This document shows, one piece after another, positions 27,801 through 39,800 of a DNA stretch of 40,351 nucleotides. The position numbers were made by a program, and so were the translations under genes. Positions within the stretch are counted from its first letter, which is position 1. Every line of letters begins with the position of its first letter. The notes under the pieces are model-generated. The model made no database searches, was not told where the DNA came from, and worked only from the letters and a program-made list of their open reading frames with translations. The DNA comes from a virus (taxonomy: Duplodnaviria; Caudoviricetes): IMG/VR virus record IMGVR_UViG_3300036987_000531, positions 1 to 40,351 of that record. The stretch is one strand, 5' to 3'.

Positions 27801-30800
27801 CAGCCGAGGCGAAGGAGAAAACGCCGAAGACAACAAAGAAGCCCAAGGCTATCACCGAAGATACCCCCTTTCCATGCTACACGTTTTTTAAACAATACCG
27901 GTACTTTTTACCGCTTTTGCAGAAGATAAGGAAAGGACAGGACCTTGCCGGCGGAAGCGATTCCCGCTGGAACAGCTTTGTTCAGCTCTTCAACGAGGCC
28001 ATGAACAACGGGGAAATTCCCATGAAACAGCCGCCGTCGGGTTTGGAAGGACAGGAGCCGGGTACGGTGGAGTGGACTGAGTCGGAAGTGTTTGACCTTA
28101 TAACGGACGAAATGGCGCGTTTTCAGAATAAGGGCGGGCAAGCACAGGCACATGCCCAGGAACAGGAACAGGAGATTGAAACGGCAGCAATACCGCTGAC
28201 CGACGAGCAGCTCCAGGATGACGGTTTTATCCCGGAAAAGGATATTGAGGCGATTGTTGACACAACTGAGATCAATATTATAGGTTTAAAGGAGGAATTA
28301 AATGAAGAAGGGTTCAGTGACACCGAGATCGGCCAAATTGTTAGCGGCCTTGAAGCAGCAAGTGATAATCAAATCGCTGGCAAAGAGTTTGCTGAAAGAC
28401 TTGCGGCCCTCAAAGAACAAGTAAAGAAATCCAAAACCGAACAGCCCGCCACCACGACAGACGGGGAACTTTTCAACACCAACGACATCTTCACCCTCTC
28501 CGGCAACCAGTCCGTGAAGCAGGGGGAATTCAAAACCACAAAGGAACCGAAAGCAGAACTGTTCTCACGGCCCAAGCCTGTATTCCAGAACGAGCGTGAG
28601 AAGGAAGAAGAGCAGAAGAAGAAGCTGGCGGAAGCCCTCGCGGCAAAGAATAAGCCTCAAAAGATCAACGTTCCACCAACCGAGGACCTTTCAAAGAAAT
28701 CAATCAACGAGCTGGTCACAGACGCCTTCGATATAATCAACCACTTCATCGAAGAAGATGAGGGAAAGGTATCGGATACCCGTATCGACTACGGTAAGAC
28801 TGAGGGTATCAAGCAGGAGCTGTACCAGAAGCTACGGCCGATCCTTGAAGAGATCGCAAAGCGGGCCACGACAAAGGGCCTCGATGTGAAGGCGTATCTC
28901 TTTGGTGCCGTTGACGCGCAGCCGGAAGGGAAGGCGAAACAGTTTTACGAAGCGGCAGCCGCGCAGTATGCCGAGGAACAAAATAAGCCGGTGCCGGAAG
29001 TGGTAAAAACAGAAGCCCCGAAGGGAATCGAAGAAGGCCCGGCTGAAGAGGGATTTGCCTGGGGGCCGGTATCCAGTTCGCTCGCAGAAAACATAGGGGA
29101 TGTTGACGTCGAACTGGGAGCGCGACTCAAAAAACTGGCAGGCCCGAGGTTCTCCGATTACGAGGCAGTGGTTGACGAAATCAAGAAGGCCATGAAGGAA
29201 GCGACCGAACGGGGAGAAACCGGAAAGGCTAATAAGATAAAGGAAGAATTGCGGGTCCAAACAGGCAACTTACGGATGCCGACGGCGGACCAGCGGGCAG
29301 CATCACGGGCGATGGAAGGGAAGGAAACGCCAGCAGAAACAACCCCGGAAACCGGAGCAAAGAAGCCACCTTTTGGCCCGACAGAGCTTCTTGGAACCAT
29401 ACCGGACAAGAAAAACAACCTTGAAATATTCGTCGCTGGAAACATCAACGGCGGGAGTTTTTCCGTATCTATCAGAGACAACGACACTATGGAATTTTTA
29501 CCGACAGTAAGAATATTCCCGTCGGAAAAACTGGCGTGGGAAGTGGCAGGAGAGATTGCCCAGGGAAAGAAAGCCAAAATAGACCCGCCCGACGATTGGC
29601 GCAACCATCTTATCAAGGCCCGCATGTATGCTTTGATGTTGGGTGTACCGTTCGAGGTAGATTGGTACACTTCGAAGATCGTCGAGGCCATCGATAAGAA
29701 GCTGATGGAAGACACAGCAGCGAAACCAGGGGAACCACCGAAGGGTAAATCGTTTGACATGAACCTTTCCGAGAGGATCCGCGACAAAACGCTGGAAAAG
29801 GTGAAACCATACCTCAATCCTAACAACAGCGAGACAGCATTGCTCGCCACCATCGAGAAGGCAGCAGACGAGGCATACGGTGAGATAGTGGATGAAATTT
29901 TAGGCACGAATGAACCCGTGTCTACCACGCAAAAGGTATACCTGGACACCTGGGACAAGAAGAGTTTCGCCGAGGCGGTACTCAAGTACATCAAACGCCA
30001 CGACCTTATGACCAAAAAACAGGAAGCGGAGGCACCAAAGGAAACACCGAAACCCGAAGTGTATAAAACCGGCGACCGGATCGTCATTACCGGCGCGTAT
30101 CACAATGCCACCATACGAGGAAGGCACGGCGTCATCAAGGCGGTGGGCGGCTACACCATGACACCCATTTTCGGGGGACAATCATCGCACACCGTCACCT
30201 ATGAAGTGGAAACCGACAATGGATTGAGCTTTCCGTCCATGAAGGCCGAGGACCTTGAACGCGAAACCGGGCCGCTTGCCGGCAAGCTCGTGAAGGATAT
30301 TTATTTCGATAACCGTTACCAGACACCCGAGAACGTCTTTGGCATGATCTCGTACAGCAAGAAACACGCGCAGAACTCACGGGAAGCAGCTACCCGGGCA
30401 CGAAAAGATTCTAACAGGGCTTCTCATTTACGTGTCGCTGCAAGCTACGACAAGGACGCGCAGAAGTACCGGGACGCTTTTGATGCGTGGGCGAGTCAAT
30501 ACCCGGAAGAGGCGGAGAAGATCAGGCCAGCGACGAAGGAACAGCCACCGCAACAGCAGACGGCACTCGCCCCGGAAACGGGAACCGTTACCGGCACATC
30601 AGATGCGTATGAAAAGCTGAAAAGTGTAGGACTCACCCTGGTAAAGACAACGACCAAGAACGGGCACCCCGTGTGGAACCTGGGCGGAAACACCAGGAAC
30701 TACAAGGACGCGATCAAGAAGGCGAAAGGAATATGGTACGGTCCTAAGAAGGTATGGTCATTTTACGGAACCGAGGATCCGGCGGAGAAGATCATTAAGG

Positions 30801-33800
30801 CTTTCGATGCTATGTATAGTCACCCGGACACGGTGCCATGGCAATCCAAGAAAGGAGAACAGGGGAAGTCACCCCTCACGACGGGCAGAGGGTCACTGAT
30901 ACCAAAGTCTATCGGGAAGAACAAATACGGCCAGGAGATATTCGAGGACGAGAAGGGCGTCCGCTCCATCATGGAGGGACCCATCCGGATAACCGAACCA
31001 GTTGGCCTTACTCCTACCAGAAACGGAATAACGTTTGATGTAGAGCGTAAAGATCCTCGATTTCTAACAACAGACGAGAACACACAAACAACAACCACAC
31101 CAAATGCAACGACCGGGCAAGGAACCCAACCCGTGCAACCGCAGGCACCGGTGCCTTCACCAACCGAAGAACGCATGGGCGCTGACAAGATAAAGGCCGC
31201 CCGCTCTATTATGACACGGGTCGATGCCGCTCTCGCCAACCAGGAAGTGTTTACCCGTGAACAGCTCATGAAGTGGGGCGAAGAGGCCTACGGCGGCACC
31301 ATCGCCAGCGGAGCGTTCACCTGGAAAGACCTCTTCGACGCCATGGAACTGGGTATAAACCGGTACCTCGGGCAGGGCCAGCGCTTATACGATCCAACAA
31401 GAGGCATGGTCATCGACGCCCGTGACACAATTGACCACATACGGGAACACGTCCTTGACAAGATCCCCTCGCAGCATGGCTTCAGAACAAAGGAGATGGA
31501 CGAGTACCAGCAGTTCTCGACACCCCCGGATTTGGCTTATCTCATGGCATGGGTGGCGAACATCAAGCCGGGTGAGACGGTCCTGGAACCATCGGCAGGT
31601 GTGGGCGGCCTCGCGGTATTTGCGAGGAACGCAGGGGCGAAGGTGTGCGTCAACGAACTTTCGCAGCGGCGGGCAAGCCTGTTGCGGCAGATGGGTTTCG
31701 GGCAGGTGTTCACCGAGAACGGCGAGCAGATTGATAACATCCTTCCAGATCACATAAAGCCCACTGTAATCATCATGAACCCGCCATTTTCGGCAACGGC
31801 GGGCCGGATGCAGGGGAGGAGAAGTCCCGAGAACCTCATCAGGCATATCAGCCAGGCGTTGTCACGGCTTGAACCAGGCGGCCGCCTCGTGGTGCTCACC
31901 GGCAAGGGGTTGTTCGGCAAATCGAAAACCTTCAACGAGTGGCTGGACAACATCGATGTCACCAATGATGTGATCGCCGATATCACCATCTCCGGAGAAG
32001 GATACAAAAAATACGGCACCACCTATGACAACCGCTTGATTGTGATTGACAAAACGAAAACGAATGCTACAGTAATACAAGAGGAAGTCAGCGACATCAA
32101 GCATGCCGCTGCCCTCCTGAAAGGAGTTCGCGATGCGAGAAACAGTGTCACAGAACAACCATCCGCTCAACCAGGCAGCGAAGAAGTTTCTCAAGGATCC
32201 CGACCAGTCGATGCTGTATTGCCTCCAGCTGGTGGAGGAACAGTGGAACGCGGGCAGGGTACCGCTCAACAGCGTCCGGGGCCAGGCAGTGTACCCGTTC
32301 TTCGAGGAGATGGCGGGGCTGGAACCGAAACGGGCCTGGAGACTGCTCCAGAGGGACGGGGACCTGGCGGATCAGAAAGAACTGCCGGCGATCTCAGCGG
32401 AAGACCTGGCGTGGGCGGTAGTAGACCAGCTGACGAGCATGCTGGAAGCGGCAGACTACTAACCCCCGAACCAGCCCTTACCGTACAGCAAACCGAAGAA
32501 TACACTGACGAAGACCTCGAATCGGGCAACATCTTCGAGGAATACACACCTTCCATAAAAATTGAAGGGGCGCAGCCGCACCCGGCGGAACTTGTCGAAA
32601 GCGCGGCCATGGCCACCGTAAAAGCTCCAAAAACAACATATGTGCCAAACATTGACAAGAAGCTCGTTGAAACCGGTGCATTAAGCGACGTCCAGCTCGA
32701 AGCCATCACCATGTCCGGACAGGCCCATGGGGAAGTCCTCGATTCCGGCGTCTATCTTGACGCAAACGGCAACGTTGCTACCAGTAGGAGCCAGGAAAGC
32801 AAGACGTTCCATACATTCCGCAAAGGCTTTTTTATCGGCGACGGCACCGGAGTGGGTAAGGGCAGGGAGATCGCCGGTATCATCCTCGATAACTGGAACC
32901 GGGGCCGGCGCAGAGCACTATGGATAAGCCAGAATACGGACCTTATCCACGACGCAAAGCGCGATCTTGTAGCCCTCGGCATGGACCCGAAACTAGTAAT
33001 AGATTACGCCGGCGTGAAATTCGGCCAGCCCATCAAGCAGAAAGAGGGCATCCTTTTCATAAGCTACGACACGTTAAAGTACAAAAAAGGAGTGGTGCGC
33101 CGGATCGACCCTGTCGTAGCGTGGGCGGGACAGGAATTCGACGGTGTCATAGCCTTTGACGAATCCCACAACATGGGGAATGCATTGTCTACCAGGGGGA
33201 GGCGGGGAACGAAAAAGCCGTCCATGAAGGCGGTCGTAGGCGTGGAACTGCAATCCCGGCTTTATAATTCGCGGACCGTGTATGCGTCAGCCACGGGTGC
33301 AACGGAAGTTGCGAACCTTTCCTACTGCGACCACCTTGGGTTGTGGGGGAAGGGAACGCCCTTTTCCACTAAGCGGAACTTTATCGAGCAGATCTCCGGG
33401 GCGGGTATTGCCGGCATGGAAATGATCGCCCAGTGTCTCAAGGCCATGGGATCCTATAGTGCCCGGAACCTTTCTTTTGACGGGGTGAAGTACGAAACCA
33501 TCGAGCACGAGCTGACCGAGAACCAGAAGGCCATTTACGATGAGATGGCCCGGTCATGGCAGATCGTCCTGCAGAACATCCACGCCGCGCTCCAGGCCAC
33601 CGGGATAACCGGAACCAACCACGCCGGGCAGACTGTCACCCGAAACGGCAACGCCAGAAAAAACGTCATAGGCGCATTCTGGGGTGCACATCAGCGGTTT
33701 TTCAACCAGATCATCACGTCCATGCAGACCCCTACAGTCATCAAGGCCATAGAGAAGAACCTTGCCGACGGTGATGCCGCCGTGGTGCAGCTCGTGAACA

Positions 33801-36800
33801 CCAACGAGGCGCAGACCGACCGGGCGATGGCCAAGCGGGAGGAAGGCGAACGCCTGGAAGATCTTGATCTCACCCCGCGGGAGGGGTTGATGAACTACCT
33901 GGAAAACAGCTTCCCCATCCAGCAATACGAAGAGTATACCGACGACAACGGAAATATTCGCTCGCGCCTCGTCCTTGATTCGAGCGGGAACCCCGTTATC
34001 AACCGGGAGGCAGTGGCCATGCGCGACGCGCTCCTCCGGAGGCTTGGTATGCTGAAGGTGCCGGATGCATCCCTTGACATGATTATCCGGCATTTTGGCA
34101 TTGACAGGGCAGCGGAGGCAACGGGCCGGTCGAAAAGGCTTGTAGATAAAACAAATGACCAGGGCGGGAACGAGCGGGTCGTGGAACGATGGAGCAAGGC
34201 GAAAGGGCTCAACGACATCCATGCCTTCATGCATGACAAGAAAAAGCTTCTCGTTTTTTCCGATGCTGCTGGAACCGGCAGGAGCTTTCATGCAGACAAG
34301 ACAGAGAAGAACCAGCGGCTGCGGCACCACTATTTGCTGCAACCCGGCTGGAGGGCTGACAGGGCTATCCAGGGGTTGGGCCGGACCCACCGGAGCAACC
34401 AGAAGCAGCCTCCCTACGTTCACCTGGTCACAACAAACCTGAAGGGGCAGAAACGGTTTATTTCCTCTATTGCGCGACGGCTCGAACAGCTGGGATCGCT
34501 CACCAAGGGACAGCGCGACACGGCGACACAGGGTATCTTCAAGCTGAAGGACAACCTTGAAAATTCACACGCACGCCAGGCGTTTATCCGGCTCATCCAC
34601 ACGATTTTCCACGGTGGCATTGAGAATCTGTCTATGGCGGAATTCGAGCAAGAAACGGGCATGAGGCTGACCGACGACCAGGGTCAGCTCAGGGACGACA
34701 TCCCCGAGATAACCCAATTTTTGAACAGGCTGCTTTCGCTGACCGTGGACCGGCAAGAGGAAGTTTTTAATGCCTTCGACGCCCACCTTGACCGGATCAT
34801 CGAAAAGGCTGCTGCAGACGGCACTCTCGACGCGGGCATGGAAACAATTTTAGCAAAGGGGGCGAAACGGACCCGGGAAGAAATTGTGTACACCGGTCCC
34901 CAGGGAGAGCAGACAAAGTACAACGAGATCGAACTCTCCGAGGACGCTGTAACGGTTGATTTCCAAACGAGTAAAATGTGGGCAGCCTCCGGATATGTTG
35001 TGAACAAAAAGAGTGGTGTTGTATGGGCGGCAAACAGGGAGCGGATCACGACCGATACCGGCACCGGCGAAATGACGGCTGTCGTAACCCTCACGAGTCC
35101 CCGGGGCACTGTACATGTTGTGGAAGCACAAGACCTTAAGGACGGTGAAAAATACGAACGGATTGACGACATGTCGAAGGCCGAGGCGCTATGGGGTGAA
35201 CAGCACGACAAGGTGCCGAAGACGAAAACGAGGAAAATCCACCTCATTACTGGTGCCCTCCTGCCCATATGGGACCGGCTCCCCCAGGAACACGTCAGGG
35301 TGATGCGGCTCAAGCTGAACACGGGCGAAAAGCTGCTGGGCCGGCTGATTCCCGACAAGAGCCTCAACGGCGTACTGAAAAAACTTAATGTTGATAAGTC
35401 AACCGCAGCGTACACACCGGAACAGGCATACAACGCCATCCTGGACAACGGGGAAACGATACAGCTTGCGAACGATTGGACGCTGAAGCGCGTGAAAACC
35501 CAGGGTATGGACCGGATCGAAGTCACTGGCGAAACCTTGTGGCGATTTGAATCCCAGCTCGAACACAGCGGTGCCCTCATCGAGCGCATCAGCTACAAAA
35601 CGAGGGTATTCATCCCTACCGGCGATGACGGGATCGCGGTAATGAAAGAGATCCTGGCCATCAGCCCCATCTTTGACGTGGAAGGCGGGGGCGGGGCATT
35701 GACAACCAGTATCGCAGAGAATAAACTTGGGTATGGCGACGAAGCACAAGAACAGGGTGCGCTATTCAATACCGACACCGCTGGATCCGAACGACCTTTT
35801 CGTAGAACAGCCGGCCCCGTATCGCGTCAACAAGAAGTTGTCACTGAAAGAATCGGCAGCTATCGCGCTGGCACAAACAAGATTGAGAACGTTGACGATG
35901 TTGGTCAGATAGCCCGCAACCTTCTCGACGATCCCCAGGAAACATTCGCAGCAATCCTCATCAAAGACGATGGCACGGTCCACAGCGTCCACCGCATAAG
36001 CAGGGGCGGTATAGCCTCGTCGATCGTGCAGCCCGTAGTGGCCGTCGGGCAAGCTCTAAACACCGAGGGCGTGACCGGCCTGTGGTTTATCCACAACCAC
36101 CCGTCGGGCGTTGCGGAGCTGTCCCCGGAAGACAAAGACGTAGGGAGCAGGCTGGTTAATTTAGCCCAGGGATCGGGAGTGACGGTCCACGGGATCATGG
36201 CGGTGACACCGACAGAGTATGCGGCGATGGACTACATGGGCGCGGTGCTGGAGAAGACCGGCAAGATGCCAAAAAAACGCCAGCAGACGGAAACGATCCC
36301 CGTTGTCGAGCGGAGGTTCAGCAAGCAGAAAACAGGGAGAATTCAGGCGACAGGCCCCGCGTTGGCTGTAAAAGCATACAACCAGGCAGGGATCAAAGCA
36401 AATAACCCAAATATTACCGTGGGCTTTTTCGACATTCGGAATAAATTAATCAGCACCATTACTATAGAGAGGCTGTCTCCGATCCGTGGGGAGATCCAGC
36501 GTATGTTGCTCCAGGAAGCAGATCGGAGAAACGCGACGAATATCGCCATATACGCACCGCAACGGGCAATCCTCGAAGGGGAAGCAAAGAATATCGCTAA
36601 CTTCGGAAGGGCAGCTGGCCTCGCCATTCTTGACATCATCGACGCTGGTTTCAGTATGCACGGGCGGGGTATGCTCCAAAGCGACGGGAGCCAGATGTTC
36701 TTCAAGCTGACTACCCAGGCCGATATGGACAATTTATCCTTTGACATCCGGCCACCGAAAACGCCCAGGTTCTCCGTGGACCAGGTGAGACAGTTCCTTG

Positions 36801-39800
36801 CACTGCCATTGAAGCAGTGGAAGAACGTCGGGAAGGTACAGGTCATAAAAACAGCCCGTGATCTGCCGGCGCGGTTCATGCGCTATGTGCAGGAGGGGGA
36901 CACCATCTTCGGGGCCTACGACCAGGAAACGGACACCACCTATATCATCGCCGACTCGATCCCGAACGCACGGGCTGCAATCGTTACCCTCATGCATGAA
37001 GCTGTCGGGCATAGAGGGATCACGGCGATTCTGCGTAACGCGGATGTGGACCTCATCTGGCAGCAGATCGTGAAAGCATACCAGGGGACGCCCCTCATGG
37101 ATCGCATCGTCAAAGGGTACGGCCAGAAAATGGGGACCTTGAGGCTCCCGCTTGACCTGAATGACAAAGACGATCGGAGGATAGCCGTCAATGAATTCAT
37201 CGCCCACATGGCAGAGGCACGGGAAGCCACCCCGGCATGGACCAGGGTCGTCGGGATCATCCGGGCAGCGTTGAGGAGGATTGCTCCAAACCTTACGTGG
37301 TCGGACGCTGACATCCTGCATTTGATCGATCGGGCGAGAACCTATTCCGGGGTCATGCCGAAGGCGACCACCGGGACATACTTCAAGAAAGGGATTGAAG
37401 GTTCTACAACGGGCAGCTCGGTCGTTGATGACCTCCTACGTCAGATTGAGACATTGGCACCACCCGATCCCAAATCTCCACCGTTGGAGATCAAGGGCTG
37501 GGTTCGAGATCATGCCAAGGCGGCAGCGGCAACCATCATGGCGCACATGCCGGGTAACCTTCCCCACGCCCATTTCCTTGAGCGTGTGCTGAAGAACCCC
37601 TTATGGTACGAACATCCGGTGTTGAAGCAACTCTTCAACGTCATGGCCCACCACCGGCAGGAGACCTATCACGAGTTATTTTACGATTTCAACGACACCG
37701 GGAAAGCTACGACCGTGTCTGAGGAAGTGGCGAGGCTTCGAAAGACGGACAGGAAGAGTTACGAGGACCTTTCGCGTATCCTGATCGTGGCTGATGCTGA
37801 GTGGGTCTGTGAGAAGGAGTGGACCTTTGAAGACCGCATCAAAAACATGAAGGTTTCCGAGGACGTCAAAAGGGTTGCTCTACTCATCAGGTCAGCCTTC
37901 GACAAGATGCTCGACGCACGGCAGGCACCCATGAAGGAACTGCTCAAGAAGCTCGAAGAGCAAGGATACGAAGAGGACTTATTTGCCCTTGACGAGGAAG
38001 GGACCAAGAATTTCCACGTTTTTACCGTGAGGCCCACGAAAGAATTCGACAGTTTCTGGACCGCTTCGGGGAAGGAGAGGCAAGAGCGGGCAGGGCTGCC
38101 ATACCATGAAGGCATCAATTATATTGTGGGCCACAGCCGAGCCGGGGGCATGGAGGTACAGGCGATCCATTTCTCCCGGGAAGCGTTCACCGAAGAGACG
38201 GCAGCCGACTGGTGGAATGACCACAAGCAGTTCTTCAGGAAGGCCCACAGGGATTACAAGGCCGAACTGCGCCAGACAATCATGGGAGCCTTACAGGTCA
38301 TGGACCAGTGGCGTGGGTATTACTTCCCGCGGCTGAGAAAGACCGGCCCAATAGTCATTACTGCGTACAAGGAAGACGAATTCGGGGACCGCCAGTATAT
38401 CCACGAACACGGCAGCAAATACTGGAGCGAGTTGCGGTCAAAGGAGCTTGAGCTGGAAGGGTACAAAGAAGTAAAGGTAAGAGATTCCCAGAGGCTGCCG
38501 GAATCGATCTACCTGAACATCAGGACAATTGACGTGCAGAAGTCCATCGACTATGCAGTGACCGGCATGAAGAGCACGACGAGCGCAGATATACTCGCGA
38601 AATTTAACGAAGACCTGATCGAGCAGGCGGTCAACATGATCCGTGAACGGGGTATCGAATCGACCAAGATACACCGCATACTGAAGGGCAGGGTGGTCAA
38701 GGGGTACATCGAAGACCCCATCGAGGCATACCTGCGCTACACGTCAGGTGTTGCCGGAGGCATGGCAAAGGGAGAGGTTTCCCAGAAAGCGACCGAGCTG
38801 CTCCGGCAGATTGACCCGACAACCGAGGCAAAAGCATACGATACCGCAAAGCGTTACATAGAGGAGAACTTAAGAAACGTCGATACTGCTGACAGAGTTA
38901 TGGCATACGCGAAGGCAATCGCGACCTTGAAATTCCTGGGGTTCAATCCTCGGTCCGCAGTCGTGAACCTGACAGCCATGGTGACATCAGCCCCGGCTGC
39001 CATCCACCAGTATGCCGGTGGCGGGAAGGTGAGTATGGTGAGGGTACACAAAGAGATCGCACATGCTGGCCGTACCTATGCGAAACACATGGTGGGCAAG
39101 ACGCTGGAGGCAGAGGATCAGATTATAGCCGAACGTATCACACGGGAAGGGTACGACGCTCCCCAGCTCACGAGAGATGCATTGGGAGCCATGCAGGGTG
39201 GCCTTGAACGCTCGTGGGATAGAATGATGAACGTGGCCATGTTCATGTTCAGCAAGACCGAACAGTGGAACAGGGGCACGACGATCCTTGCGGCTTACAA
39301 GGTGGCAAAACAACGCTTTGAACGGGAAGGACTGGCAGGAGAGGAACTGGTGGAGGCAGCATATAGCGCCGCGATCGAGGCCACCGACAAGGCCCACGCG
39401 GCATATGGCAAGGCGAATCTGCCGGAGTGGGCTCAGGGGACCTCGGCAAGCGCGCGGGTAGGGCAGGCCATGTATGTATACGGCAACTTCGGCCACAACT
39501 ATGTCCAGCTCCTGTACGATCTCGGCGCAAAGAAGCACAACATTGTAGGCTTCACCTGGGCGCTGGCAGCACCTGTGATAATTGCCGGAGGGGCCGCGTG
39601 GCCGTTCAAAGACGAACTGCTGTGGCTTATCAATGGAATGCTCCGAACGCTGGGTATCGGCACGGGAGTCGACAAGTTCGTCTGGGACAAGACGAGGAAA
39701 CACCTCGGTGAACAGGCAGAGGTCCTGGGACGCAGGGGGATATTCGGGCTGGCCGGTGTAGATATTTCAGGATCGCTCGGGATAGGGCTTGGTATACCTA

